Assembly: GCF_009834535.1 (NCBI RefSeq) | Contig: NC_045696.1 | Span: 33,296,001-33,360,000, forward strand | DNA length: 64,000 bases | Direction of reading: 5' to 3' | From: Camelus ferus | Lineage: Eukaryota | In this document: positions 37,463-51,342 of the stretch, one piece after another | Position numbering within the stretch: position 1 is the stretch's first letter | How the letters are laid out: each line of letters starts with the position of its first letter | Notes under the pieces: model-generated | Told to the model about the DNA's origin: nothing | The model's input: the letters and a program-made list of their open reading frames with translations, nothing else | Databases searched by the model: none | Made by a program: the position numbers and the translations under genes

Positions 37463-38699
37463 TTTATTTTAAAAATAAAAGTGGCTGGTTGAGGGAGAAT
37501 CCTGGGGAAGGGAGCCTGGGGTGATAAAGGGTTCAGCCCTCAATCTTCTGGATACTAAACCTGACTTGTCCTTGCCACACAGTTTATTAGAATGACAAAT
37601 GCCAATGTAGCAAATATGACAGGAGACTGCTCATAGAGAGCAGAACGCTAATTTATTAATTTAAATGATAAATATAGGTGCTAAGTGAAAGAAATAGGTG
37701 CAGCTCGCATACTGGCACATTTTCTCCCTGTAGGTAACCTTCATGGGAAGCCAAGTGACAGAAGGTTCCTTACTGGCTGTGCCTGAAGTCATAGCAAGGC
37801 TTCCTCTCCTAATAACCAAAGATTTCCTGGCCCCAGACTTTAATGACCACATCCATGCTGACAGATGGTCATGAAACTGGATACCTGATTTCTCTCAAAG
37901 AACACTGTCTTCCCAGATGGCACACTGAGGGGCCGGGTTAGGGCTGGCTCCTGAGAATTGGCATTTCTTTTTGTTCATTTTCAATCTATCTTGTCAAGGT
38001 AATGTTGGCTCTCAGTTAGAATCCATAGTGTGTTGATTTCATAGTTTAACTCTCAAATGATATTTTACATACTCAGCTTTATTCTTGTTGCCATGGTATG
38101 CAACAGGAAATTAGCAGGTTTATATTTAGTGTTGTAATAGCTGAACCATAATATGGTACACATCATTGTAAGATTATTTTTATTGTTTTCTTTATATTCA
38201 CCTACAATGTCATTTATTAGAAGTTAGTTTTTAGTTAGAAGATAATTAAATGTAAAACACCTATCTTTGAAAAAATCAAACAGCTTTTAATATTTAACTT
38301 CTAAATTTCTTCTATTAATTTCTAGTGTTAACCAAATAATTCTGAATTCTTTTCTTTAAGAAAGGTGAAAACTTGTTTGCATTCTTCTTCTTCCCCTCCT
38401 ATACCACCAGATTCAGAAGACTGCCACATATTACCTAATTAACTCATTCTAAACATTCTTAGAAGTAGATGGTTTCCTCCTGTAAAGATGAGATAACTGA
38501 AGGTAGTTGGCCCAAAGCCCAACTACTCATTCATACCAATTACTTTTTGTCCTTTGGTATCTTTTTTATCTGCAATTTGAAATTCCAAAATTTATATATC
38601 CATAATTTGAAACTTCATAACCTATTTCACAGGCCCAATTGTTTCTTCTTTATTCTTCTACCATGAAGATGTGCCTTCATTTTTTTTTTTTTAACCAAA

Positions 38700-39440
38700 C
38701 AATCTACTGGGCATTTATTTGAGAAGCTAAGGATAAGGATACATGAATGAACAAAAGAATCTAAAATTCCTCCCTTCATGAGAGAGATTCTAGCTGGGGG
38801 AGAGACAGAAAATAAACACAATAAATAAGTAATTTACATATTATTAAAAGGTGATAATATCTTAAAACTAGAGCAGATGAGAGGAATAAGAAATGCAAGG
38901 GTGGGGTGAGGTAGGAGGTGTCGTAAATAGAGTGGTCTGGCATGACCTCTCTGAAATGGTGAAATTTGAAAAAAAGACTAGAAGGAAGTGAGAGAACAAG
39001 CCATGTATATATCTATTAGAAATTATTTCAGAAAAAGGAAAAGACTGATGATGGAAAGGCCATGAGGCAAGCGCAGTTGGCATGTTCTAGGAATATCAAG
39101 GAGACTGGAGAGGAATGAGCTAGAACTGTACTGTCCAATACGGTACCCACTAATCATGTGTTGCTATTGAGCTAATACAATATTAGATGTGCTGTAAAAT
39201 ACTGAAAAATATCTTATTAAAATATTTATGTTGATTATGTGTTGAAATGGTAATACATGTGATATACTGGGTTAAATACAATAACCTTTAATTAATTTCA
39301 CCACCTTTTGACTTTTTTTTCATGTGCTAATAAAAACCTTAAAATTGCATATGTTACTCATATTACATTGCTTTGGGGCAGTGCTGAGCTAAAAATAATG
39401 GTAGAAGTAGTCAGAATGAAAGAGAAAGAAGAGATTATGT
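38700..39440 (-). mobile_element. L2 3' portion, interrupted by a MER3-like element
   Basis: TGAACAAAAGAATCTAAAATTCCTCCCTTCATGAGAG...GGCATGTTCTAGGAATATCAAGGAG. Confidence 0.75.
39126..39386. mobile_element. hAT-Charlie MER3/MER33-like DNA transposon
   Basis: TIRs CTGTACTGTCCAATA / TTGGGGCAGTGCTG; 8-bp TSD AGCTAGAA/AGCTAAAA. Confidence 0.85.
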
Positions 39441-40729
39441 AGTGTGCCTTCATTATTAATTCTCATCTCTGTCCCATGTATCTTCTAGGTCTTTAATCCT
39501 TCTGTAATATGTAAAATATTAGCAGTCTTTTACTAACTCACTCAATTTCTTTTTCCAGACAATAGTTACTTATTTTTAAAATATTTAAAAAGTTATTACC
39601 TCATTCATGTCAATTTCAGATAGTATTACCTTTCTTGTGGAATGTTTTAGGTTTCTGCTAACTTGCTTTCTCATTTGATATTTTTTTGTTTTTGATTATT
39701 AAAAAAAAAAGTTTGCTCCTTTTAGAAAATTTGGAAGGTATAGAGAAGTTCAAAAAGGAGGAAAAATGGCCCATAATTCCACTGTACAGAGATAGCAACA
39801 AATGAAAAGGACTGCATAACACCTTTACACCCAGAGGTAGCATTGCTTGTATCTGATGTTTCTCTGCTCTTTTAATTTTCCCTCCAAAGAACACAGACTT
39901 GGTCTAAATGGACTGTTTATAAACAGATACCACATCCTCCAAGGCACCAAAACTTTCTTCCTCTAACTTTGCTCAAAGGAAAGCACATATTCAAATTGAG
40001 TCCTTTAGGTTCTTTTCCACCGGGTTGGCTATATTCTGGCAGTAACATCACCTTGGCACATTAATTAAAACTTAGATTCTAGCAGCATTAAAAAAGAGCT
40101 TTTTGCTTATATATTTTCCCCAAGTCTTTGTCTGTGTTTGGCTAAGTAGCCTTAGAATAGGATACTAGAAGTAGTCCCTTAATAAAGATACATTAATACT
40201 GATTTTTTTCTCTTTGTACTTATTTATTCTTCTGTTGAGTTTACTTTATACTAATTCTTTCTAGAAGTAGCTGCCTCTAAGTTGTGCTAGGTTTGACTGG
40301 AAAAGTTTTAGTTAATAGTCTGGAAACAAAGACTGAAGATGAAGACTGTTTAAGTCCTTGAGATTGTAAGGATTTTGATTTCTCTATAGCATATATTGAC
40401 TCAATGAAAACCTATTGAGCAACTATTATGTGCTTGGTATTATTGTGGTGATGGGTAGCAAGGGCAAACAACAGATGTGTGGGAACTTGGACATAAAGTA
40501 CAAATGGGGTTAAATCTGATAGATAAGCAGTTATGTCTTGAATTGTGGCCTTGAAAACAAAGACTATATTAGGTAAACCTCTTCCTTCCCAAGTTCTTAA
40601 GAAAGGTAATTGTGAAATTTGGTAATTGTGATTTTCAAAGTGTTTACATTCTGGGCCAAGTTAAAGTATTGAGATTGAAGTGCTGATTTGCTGCTAACAC
40701 AGATGATCAAAGCAGCTAAAATAGCACTG

Positions 40730-40927
40730 AGGTATATTATTGTGAGGCACTCACATATTATAGATAAATTAAGTCATTTAATTTTCAGAATAACCCCATT
40801 TCACAGGTAATAAAAACTTAAGCATAGAGACATTAAGTAGCCTGCTGGAGATCGCTGGGCTGAGCCAGTGGCAAAACTGGAATCTGAAGCAGAGTGTTCT
40901 TGCATGAGAGCCCACACTCTTAATCAC
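40730..40927 (-). mobile_element. MIR SINE
   Basis: CCCCATTTCACAGGTAATAAAAACTTAAGCATAGAGACATTAAGTAGCCTGC...ACTCTTAATCAC. Confidence 0.75.
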
Positions 40928-41495
40928 AATATCATCATCACACTTTTAAGTGCCCAGAGAAATAAAGCTAAAGTGCCCTAATGAGCGTGGAAAATAACTC
41001 AAGCACTATGAAATGTTGCTGTCATTTAACAGAATGCAGAATTGGGCAAAAATAAGGAACACGTTGTATACGCCCTTCTTTCTTTAGGATGAATCTCTGA
41101 AACTGCTAGAGGACACTACCCCTTACATATTATTGGCCAGAAACTGCTCCTATGGCCTCACCTGTCTGTGAGGGCGGGCAGGAAACATATTCATGGGTGG
41201 ATGGCAATGTGGCCAGCTGGCCATTCAACTACTCTGAGCAAAAGGCAGAATGGATTTAGGGAGAAAACTAATGATTTCTGCCATAGCCATGCACTCTAAT
41301 GCCTCAGTGTTAGAGTGTTTTCTATTGAAATAGTTTTAAACAAAAGAACAAGTTAAGATAACTATTGTATGTACATAAAGATTAATGTAAATGATTTCAC
41401 ATTTTTAAAGTTAGCAAGAAAATAAGCATGATTTTAGTCATCATCTAGATACTACACATACATACATAACATACAATATATAAAACACACACACA

Positions 41496-41630
41496 GGGGT
41501 AGGTATAGCTCAGTGGTAGAGTGCATGCCTATGATGCATGAGGTCCTAGGTTCAATCCCCAGTATTTCCATCTGAATGAATGAATGAATAAATAAATAAA
41601 TAGATAGATAAATAAATAAATAAAAATTTA
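41496..41630 (+). mobile_element. tRNA-Ala-derived SINE (camelid Vic-1 type)
   Basis: GGGGTAGGTATAGCTCAGTGGTAGAGTGCATGCC...GGTTCAATCCCCAGTA with A and B boxes, (GAAT)/(AAAT) tail; TSD-like AAAACACACACACA / AAAACAATACACACA. Confidence 0.9.
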
Positions 41631-41679
41631 AAAACAATACACACATATTCTTATACGATACTTTCTTCAGCCATACCAC

Positions 41680-42268
41680 TTCGTCCAAAAGCATCCAGTG
41701 AACGCCTGTTTCACCCAGAGTAAAAGCAAAGGTTTCTAATGCCTACAAGGCTCTACCCAATCTGAGTCTTTTCCTTTGTCTTCATTTCCTATTGCTTGCT
41801 CTCTCCTGCGCTCTCTCTCTCTCACCCACTGCCCTCCAACTGCTCCTTGACATTCCTGGAGTAGTTGAGACACTTTGGTTCTGGGCTTTTGTACTAGCAA
41901 GTTCCATCTGGAAATGATTTCCCCAGATACTCACAATGCTTGTCCCCTGTCTCCTCTCCTTTAAGTCTCCCTCATTCATGTCACTTCTTGGTGGTGAGTT
42001 TTCCCCCGACCACTTCTTTGTATTTCAACCCTCACCCCCAGCCCAGACTCTTCCTAGCTCCCTCCCATGTTTTATTCTTTCCATAATACTCAGCACAGCA
42101 CCCTCTAACAGTCTAACTTCCTTGCTGTTTCCTTCTTCTTCTTCTTTTTTTTTTTTTTCCTGTTTTTCATCTTCTTCCACTAGAATGCCAGACCCATGAA
42201 GTTTATCCCCATCACTTAGAAAGAGGCTTGGCAGCTAATAGGAACTCAATGAATATTTCAGATGATGA
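41680..42268 (+). mobile_element. L2 3' portion
   Basis: CAGAGTAAAAGCAAAGG...TACAAGGCTCTAC...CCACTAGAATG...TAGGAACTCAATGAATATTT. Confidence 0.8.
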
Positions 42269-44529
42269 CAAATGTGAGAAGGAGTTAGACTTTGCCTCCT
42301 CTGGTCAATTTCAGTTACTACTATCATGTCGTTTTCGTTTTTAGCAACTGAACAACTATCTGTTAACTATGTCTTTAAACATTTTTAACTACAATGTTCT
42401 CCATTTTCAGGTGATTAAATATTTTGAAGGGCTAGAACTACCAAAATGCAAGGGAAGTATGTGATACTGAGCGTGAATAAAGTCTCCAAGCAGGTTGCTG
42501 ACTGACTGGTTTACATTCCTTCCCGCCCTCACTGCCCCCATTTAAAACCTGAGGAGTTAGTCTCTAAATCATCCACTTCATTAAGCAGAAATGCAACTCC
42601 TTCTGCCAGTTTCTAAAGGGTTGCTTGCATTGTTTTCGTGTTCTATATACTTTGTCTCCACTTCCTCTCCTAATCTATTTTGCAGGGAAATCTAATTTCT
42701 TTTCTAAATTGGAGTTGTGTGCTGCCAGTTTTGATATTTTACTACCCACATTCTCATCAGTGTTATCATCTCTAAACTTCTGAGTCACAAGCATCACAGA
42801 GAATTGTTTCGGAATATATGTTTTGACTGAAGTACCATCTTATTTAAACATATCAAAATTAATTGCGCTTCTCATACAAATGTGTATGTCTTTGCATATT
42901 AGATTGTCACTTATACGTTGGCAAGAATTATAAACTGTTTACTTAAGCGATCACAGAACTGGGCCTGACTTGAAAAATATAGCTGTTTCTCTTATCAGCA
43001 AAATGGTTATGCATGTTTTTCTGAGGATATTAATTTTTAATTCTTATTTTAATTAACATACCATAATCTTAGGACATAACACTTCATGATTTTACACAAC
43101 AGTTCTTTACTATAGGTTAACTCACAAAGATTTCTGAAACATTAAAATATGAGATATAACTCCTCAAATGCAAGTATATTATTTGGGGTTGCCTTATCTT
43201 GTTTTTGAGTTTTAAAGATGTGGGAGCATTTTTACATTAATTATATCCATTTGTGAGATTAAATTCTCTCTTGGGTAGGCTTGTGGAGAGCACGTGAGAT
43301 TTGATTGTGTGTGTGCGCCTGTGTTCTACGCGTGTATGTTTAGGTGAAGGATGCGTAAGTTTTGTTATGAGTCCTGTCTGTGTACCTGGGTAGAATTATA
43401 ATGCTGTGCTACAAAACCTGCCTTACAGTCAGGAGTATGGAATGCCAATCATGTTCATCAGGACATCAATTTGTCATCATGTGCAAGGATATTTATGCTA
43501 AGGTTTAATTTCCTTTTTCTTTATTATTAATGATGCTTTATACTTAAAAGAAATTCCATCTTGAAAGCTTCTTAAAATCATTAATCCTCATGATATGTAT
43601 GAAGTAGTTAAGAATTCTTATCCATACTTTGAAATGGGCAAAGTAAGAAACAGCTAACATGGATAAGTCAGCCCATGTTGAAGGAAGTAGTCTTTTCTGT
43701 GTAAAAAATGGTTTCACAGAGAGTATGCCTGAACAGAGACAAGTTAATTTTGCTTTATTCTATTTAAGTTTTTAAATTTTTTTTGTCTGTTGTGTATGTG
43801 TGCATAGAATAATTTATAGCTTCACAGAGCAGGAGGATTCAGATGTAAAAAGATTATTATCTTTTCCTTTATTATTACCTGAACTTATCTTTTCTTGTAT
43901 CCAATGCTGTTTCAATAGTGAAGAATGAAATTGTAGATTTTTTCTTGCAGAGAGGGATGCATTCAAATGTGTTAATCTAAAAAAGCCCATTTGAGACATC
44001 TGGTCTATTTAGAGCCTCATCTTACAAAATTATGTTTTACTTCAGGTGACTTTATGACTTATAGTATTCGTATTCAATGTTTTATTTGGAGGTAAATCTG
44101 TGGCTTCTTCTACTTTATTCAAATCAATTCTTTTCCAATGCGGAACAAATGTAATGTAAAAATCAGGAAAAATCCTTAGCTATTAGTAGTCACATGTATT
44201 GTTTTAAAATAAAAGAAAAATTTAGCAAATAAGTAATTCTAAAGAGGATAATGAAAAAAGTTTCTGGAATAAGATCCTGAAGATGCTTTTAAAAATACAA
44301 GAAATATTGTTATAAAAGTGGAAAAATTATTGATATAAAAATGAAAAGTGCAGACTCTGCCTAGCTAGAAAAAAATTCAACAAAGAATAATAAATGACAG
44401 CAACCTATTTCTCATTCTGCTTCTGACTATCACTTACTTGTTCCTTCTGTCTTCCTTGGCAATTTGCCATGTCTTTGCTGTAACACTTTTGCTTTGCAAC
44501 AGATACTTTTACAAGCCTCTCCGCCTTTA

Positions 44530-44636
44530 GCCTACAGGCATCTGTGGTCAGGGACAGAGTACAAGGCATCTTTATATACTTACTTCTTCCTCAGCACCTA
44601 GTAGATATTAAGTACTCAATAAACATTTGCTGAACA
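44530..44636 (+). mobile_element. L2 3' end
   Basis: CCTCAGCACCTAG...TAAGTACTCAATAAACATTTGCTGAA. Confidence 0.65.
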
Positions 44637-44830
44637 AAAGAGATATAAAGAAAACAACTAGGGTGTAGAAAATGACCACATATAGAGACATTTAATCACA
44701 GTGTGAATGGTTTAGAAATTCAAGTTTTTGTGAAGAACAGATCTTTTGTACTCTGATTTGTCCATAACCAGGTGTACTTGTCCCTTCACTCAGCTTTGTA
44801 TATGAGCAACAGAGAATCCCTACATGTTCC

Positions 44831-47800
44831 TTTTTTTTTTTTTTGAGTAGTTTCTGAAATAGAAGTATAGTAGATTTACAGTATTAAATTAGCTTCAGGT
44901 GTATAACATAGTGATTCAATATTTTTATAGATTATACTCCATTTAAAATTACTGTAAAATATTGGCTATACTCCCTGTGCTGTACATAATATTCTTGTAT
45001 TATTTATTTTATATCTGTAGTTTGTACCTCTTAATTCCCCTCACCTACCTTGCCCTCTCCCCACCCTTCTCTCTACTAGTAAATACTAGTTTGTTCTCTG
45101 AATCAGGGAGTCTGTTTCTGTTTTATTCATTTCTGTTATATTCATTCACTTGTTTTATCTTTTAGATTCCACATATAAATGAAAACATACAATCATCTCT
45201 GTCTCACTTATCTCACTAACCATAATACCCTCCAGGTCCATACAAGTCATTGCAAATGTCAAGATTTCATTCTTCTGTATGGCTGAATTTGCACGCCACA
45301 TTCTCTTTATCCAATCATCTGTTGATGGGAATTTAGGTTGCTTTCTTATCTTGGCCATTGTAAATAATGCTGCTATAAACATTGGGGTGCATTATCTTTT
45401 CAAATTAGTGTTTTTGTTTTCTTCTGATACATATAAAGTGATGGAGTTGCTGAATCATGTGGTAGTTTTATTTTTAATTTTTTGAGGAACCTCCATACTG
45501 TTTTCTACAGTGGCTGTACCAATTTATATTCCCATCAGAAGTACAAGGGTTCCCTTTTCTCCCCATCCTTGACAACATTTATTCATTATTTGTTGTCTTC
45601 TTTGTGATAGCCATTCTGACAAGTGTGAGGTGATATTTCATTGTATTTTGGATTTGCAATTCTCTAATAATCAATGATGTTGATAATCTTTTCACATATC
45701 TGTTGGCTATCTATATGTATTTGGAAATTGACTATTTAGGTATTCTGCTCATTTTTAAAAATCAGGTTGTTTAGTTTTTGACATTGGATTTATGAACTCT
45801 TTATATATTTTGGATATTAGCCCCCTATCAGATACATTACTTGCAAATATCTTATCCCATTCAGTATGTTGACTTTTTGTTTTCTTGATTGTTTCCTTTG
45901 CTGTGCAAAAGTTTTTAAGTTTTATTAGATCCCATATGTTTATATTTGCTTTTGCTTGCCTTGCCTGAGGAGACAGATCCAAAAAACATTTTGCTAAAAC
46001 TTATGTCAAAGAGTGTACTGCCTATTTTCTTCTATGCGTTTTATGGTTTTTAGTGATTTATATAGATCTTTAATTCATTTTGACTTTATTTTTGGATATG
46101 GTATAAGAAAATGTTCTTATTTCATTTTTTTTACAGGTATCTGTCTAGTTTTCCCAGAACTGCTACTGAAGAGACTGCTTTTTCCCCATTGTATATTTTT
46201 TGCTTCCTTTGTCACAGATTAATTGACCATATGTGGTGGGTTTATTTCTGGGCTCTTTATTCTGTTCCATTAATCTGTGTGTCTGTTTTTGTGCCAGTAC
46301 CATAGTGTTTTGATTATTCTAACTGTATAATATATTCTCAAGTCAGAGTGTGAGGATATCTCCAGCTTTGTTATTTTTTCTCAAGATTGCTCTGGCTATT
46401 CAGGGTCTTTTGTGGTTCCATACATATTTTAGGTATACTTGTTCTAGTTTTGCGAAAAATGCCATGAATAATTTAATAGGAATTGCATTAAATCTGTAGA
46501 TTGTTTTGGGTAGTATGGACATTTTTAACAATAATAATTCTCCCAATCCATGAACATGGGATATCTTTCCACTTATTTGTATTGTCTTAAATGTCCTTCA
46601 TTGAAGTCTTATACTTTTAAGAATTACTTCACCCCTTGGTATTCCTAGGTATTTTATTCCTTTTGCTGTGATTTTAAATCAGATTGTTATCTTGATTTCT
46701 TTTTCTAATATTTCATTATTGGTATATAAAAAAGCAACATATTCATGTATATTAATCTTGTATCCTGCAGCTCTACTGAATTCATTTATTATTTCATCTT
46801 GTTTGAGATGCTCTGTGATACTTGTACCTGGATATGTTTCCTTCTTCAGGTTCAGAAAATTTTAGCCATAATTTCATTAAATACCTTTAGAAACTTTTGT
46901 CTTTCTTCGTCTTCTGGGACCTTTCTGATGCAAATATTAGTATGCTTGGTATTGTCCCAAAGATGTTGTCCTTATGCATTCCTCTATATCCTCTAATCTG
47001 TGGTTAATACTTTCTAGAGTATTTTTCATTTCAGTTATTGTATTCTTCAGCTCTGACTGTATTTTTTTTTAAATATCTTCTAATCCTTCATTGAAATTCT
47101 CATGATGTTTGTATATTCTTTTCCTAAGTTCAGATAGCATTCTTATTACTGTTACTTTGAACTCTTTATCAGGTAAATTATTTATCTCTATTTCATTAGA
47201 TTTTCTTGTTCTTTCATTTGAAACATATTCCTCTGTCTTCTCATTTTATTTAACTTTCTCAGTCTCTATGAAATTAGTGAAACAGTTATCTACCCCAGTC
47301 TTGAAGGCATGTCCTTGTGTGGGAGTGTCCCTATGCAGTCTGCATGTGACCATTGGCTTTGATGGGAGAGCTAGATCTGAAGTGAGCATGGGCCACATCT
47401 TCCCCTGGAGTGTGCTGGCAGCCAATGCTTTACTGAGAGTTGGAGTGGCTAAAGCCAGAGCCAGGCAGGTGTGAGCTGGGGCTTCTCCTATGCTCAATGA
47501 CAGTCACTGTCTTACTGGGGTTGGGACTGGAGCTCAAGTAACTAGAGTAGAAGCCCTTAGGGAGATGGGTTTCTCCCAGGTGTGATAGCAATCTCAGCCT
47601 TGGTTTGGGGCATGGTTGGTTCCTGAGGGCTTGATGCTGCACTTCTGTGCTAGTTTTACCATGTCACCTAGCCTTAGCTAGAGGCTAGCTCTGGTCAGAT
47701 GGTGTTAGAACTACTGAACTTGTTCTGCTCCTTCCCAGGTCTCCATGTGGACCTGCATGCCTGCAATGTTGGTTTCCACTCTGCTGTTTTCACTCCTTCC

Positions 47801-48486
47801 CAAGTGTACAGACAGAGGAACATGCTGTCAATGGCTGTCTGCCTGTCAGAGGCAAGGCTGCAGTCAGAGCTGGCTCTGTTCCATCTTAGTGTGCACACTG
47901 TCATTGGCATTGGAAGCTTCCATCTTATTGGGGATCAAACTCTGGAGTAAGAAGGGCTGGAACAAGAGCCCAGTGTGGGCAGCAGCTAGAGCAGTCCTGG
48001 AAAGCCAGCCAGAGCACCAGACAATTTTCAGTCCCCTGCCTCTGTGCTGTAACTGGGAGTAAGGAAATCTGTGTACATGCTCTTCAGAGTGGAGTCTCAG
48101 TTTCTTACAACCATTCAGTAGTCCCCTGGGACTATTTTGAAGCCAACCAGAGGCTCATATCCTCCCAGGGTCAACCCCAGGACTGATGTGCGTAATTGGT
48201 GACTTGAACCCCTCAGTCCTCATGTAGGATCCCCAAGCTTGTGTTATCTCCCTCTTCTTCTGGGTCATCTGCTAGCAGTGTGAGTCCTGACTAAATTGCT
48301 TCTCCTGTCTTCCTCCCAGACTCTGCGTGGAGCTTTCTTTACAGTATTGGTTGTAGAAGAGCCATTTTGCTTGTCTTCTGGTTGACGGCAGCAGAAGTTG
48401 CTCTACACGTAGCTGTACTTTTGATGTGTTCATCAGGAGAGGTGAGCTCAGAGTTCTCACACTCCACCATATTGATTCTGCCTCCC
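44831..48486 (-). mobile_element. L1 with both termini but a large internal deletion
   Basis: Poly-T and 3' UTR at left; ORF2p remnants MFIAALFTMAKIRKQPKFPSTDDWIKRMW (45155-45382) and NIWDLIKLKNFCTAKETIKK (45755-45982); ORF1-like sequence from about 46796; GC-richer 5' UTR ending in antisense GGGAGGCAGAATCAATATGGTGG. Confidence 0.85.
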
Positions 48487-49009
48487 AGGCTCATCTTTTG
48501 GGTATTGTTTTTTGTATGCTTGCTTTTTTTTCACTTTTCTTTTCTGTTCCTTTTTCCAGACTCCATTGTGTTGATTCCTTATAGCCTTACCATAGTCTAG
48601 CAATAAACTTCCTACACTTGTGTACCTTTCATAACTTAGACATTACAAAAGGCATCTAGCAAGCTAGTCTAAACAGATGTGTGTTTTTTAGCAGTTCAGA
48701 TATTAGTTGTGAAAGTAAAAGTATAGGGATTTAAGTACAAAGAGATTTTCTAAAATCCTCCTTTTGCTTGTTAAAACAATTTTTTGTGGCTATAAAAATA
48801 GTATCTGGAAATAAATTTGCCATGTATTCTCTTGCCTTTCTCAATAATTTTACCCAGTTCGTTTCACTCTCTCTTCAATGATATCTTTACATCACAAGAA
48901 TTCCTTATATTGTTCCAAAGTCAGTGAAATGCTATTTAACATTCATTTATATACCCTTTAGTGTTTCCATGTATCCTTCTTAGTTCTTTACAGATATTAG
49001 CCAACTTAA

Positions 49010-49160
49010 ACCTCAAAAATCACCAAGAGGTAGATGCTATTATTAGCCCCATTTTACAGAAACAAAACAAAATAAAACTCAGGACTTGGAACTAGTAATT
49101 ATTAAAAACCAGGATTTAAAACCAGAAGAGTCTGCTCCAGAATCCAATATGTTACACTGT
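49010..49160 (-). mobile_element. MIR fragment
   Basis: GAGGTAGATGCTATTATTAGCCCCATTTTACAGA...CCAGGATTTAAAACCAG. Confidence 0.75.
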
Positions 49161-50443
49161 TTCTCAAAAAAAGCCTGCAGCAACAAAAACTTCCATGTTT
49201 TAAGTCAAACAAAATACTTTCTATATGAATTAATCCAGACTTGGCAATAAGCAAATTGAAATTGATTTTGACCATCCATGTAGCAGTGACCTCTCTCTTT
49301 GTGAAGATATTTCTCTTAATTATCTGCTTCCTTAAAATGGCCCTAATTCACCCTTTCTTTAGCATGTTCATACACATACATTGCTTGTTGACATGTCTCC
49401 CATGTAATCAGAATCACCTAAACCAGGCCTTGGACTTATCAAACAACTTTAGAAGATTGTGAATTCCCTAAAATTATAAAGAAAATATTGTATGCCTACA
49501 TACATATTTTATGAATGTATAACTTTCATCAAATTATTAAAATGATCAAAAGAAGTAAAAAAACTCTTGTTTTGTATGTAATTAAATTGAGTACATGTGG
49601 GGTGTTAATTGCAATGCTAAAGAGTGTCTCCATGCTTTATTTTATTTAATATTGATGGTGATTCTTAGTGGATCTTTGTATTTTGATTTTTAGCTATTTA
49701 TCAAGTTTTTAATGGCTACTTAGTAAATATCCATTTCATAAATCAATAAAGTGTTGGGTGTCTGCTTCTATATCATAGACAGTTTGCACATGTATGTACA
49801 ACAGTCTTCCAGCAGTAGAGAAGCTGTATCATCAGTGCACACCTAATTATAAAAGAAATTCCTCCACTTCCAACTGAGTCAGTTTAGAAGCCATAACAAG
49901 ACCTATTAGTATCCTTTTTAAACAGTAGAATCCATTGATTGCAAAGTCTTTAACATAATCAACTATGACATTGTTTTTTTGAGAATAGCCATCCCTACAC
50001 AGTGAGGTGACATCTTATTATGATTATCCCACATTCTACAATTGCTGTTTTTGCCTAGAACTCTGCAGATTTTTAAGATCATAAATACTGCAGCTTTTTA
50101 AATCCAGTTTTGACCCTTGGGCTGAAAGTGGTAAAAATGAGGAACTCATCCTATGGTAACCTCTACTTCCAGCTTTTGTCATCTGTCTATAATCGTCTGC
50201 TTTCTTCATTTTCTGAAGGTTTTAGGTAGCTTATTTTTTTGTTATTTATGTTTGTTTGGTGTTTTGCTTAGAGTTATACTTGTTACCTGATGAGGGTCAG
50301 TCTTCTAGGAGCTTACTCAGCTAAAACTGAAATAGAACTAGCCAACAGTGCATATAATTTAAATACATAAGGACAGGAGAAACCATTTACATTTATCCTC
50401 ATATTTACCATTTGTGGCATTTTTCCCACATATATAAGAGCTT

Positions 50444-50745
50444 TGTATCAGTCAAGGTTCTCCAGAGAAACAGAATCAATAAGATATATATATATCTATT
50501 GGGTTATTGGATTATATATATATCTATTGGGTTATTGGGTTATATCTATTGGGTTATATATATATATATAAAGAGAGAAAGACAGAAACATAGAGATTTT
50601 AAAGAGTTGGCTCCTGTTATTGTAGGGCTGGCAAAGGTTCAAATCTGTTGGACAGGCCAGCAGCCTGGAAACTCAGGCAGGATTCCTATGTCACAGTCTT
50701 GACACAGATATCTTTCTTTGGGAAACCTCAGCTTTTGCTCTTAAA
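50444..50745 (-). mobile_element. ERVL LTR (MLT2-like) fragment
   Basis: TGTATCAGTCAAGGTTCTCCAGAGAAACAGAATCAATA...GGGAAACCTCAGCTTTTGCTCTTAA. Confidence 0.85.
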
Positions 50746-50867
50746 GACAGAATTTGAGGTTCCTTCCCTGTACAGCTCTTATCTTTTCTTGCCACCTCTG
50801 TTTACTACCTCCTTGTTTAGAGAAACAGTCATGACTTCCTTGGGCTCTACCATCTTGTTCTGCAGGC

Positions 50868-51342
50868 CATTTGTTACAACATGCATGAAAATCAAGGGCA
50901 TTATGCTAAGCAAAATAATCCAGACAGAAAGATGAATACTATATGGTATCTCTTATATGTGAATCTTAAAACAAACAAACAAAACAATTTCATAGAAACA
51001 GACTAGAATGGTTGTTGCCAGGGCCTAGGGTGGAGAGGAGAAAATATGGAGATGTAGGTCAAAGGGTACATAGACTTAGTTATAATAGGAATAATTTCTA
51101 AAAATCTAATGTACAGCTTGATGACTAGGTTAATAATACCGCATTGTATACTTAAAATATGCTGAGAGTAGATTGTGAGCATCCTCATTACACAGAAAAA
51201 AGTTAACCATATGAGGTCATGGATATACTAATTATCTTGATCTTGATAATTATTTCACAATGTATATGTATATCAAATCATCACATTGTATACCTTAAAT
51301 ACAATTATATTTGTGACTTATTCCTCAATAAAGCTGGACAAA
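50868..51342 (+). mobile_element. L1MA-like 3' end
   Basis: GGGCATTATGCTAAG...AGAATGGTTGTTGCCAGGG...TTCCTCAATAAAGCTGGA. Confidence 0.88.

Noticed and set aside
41496..41570. tRNA-Ala gene (also 177-245)
   Set aside because: Anticodon arm and acceptor stem are disrupted, and there is an A-rich tail with TSD-like flanks; these are SINEs, not tRNA genes
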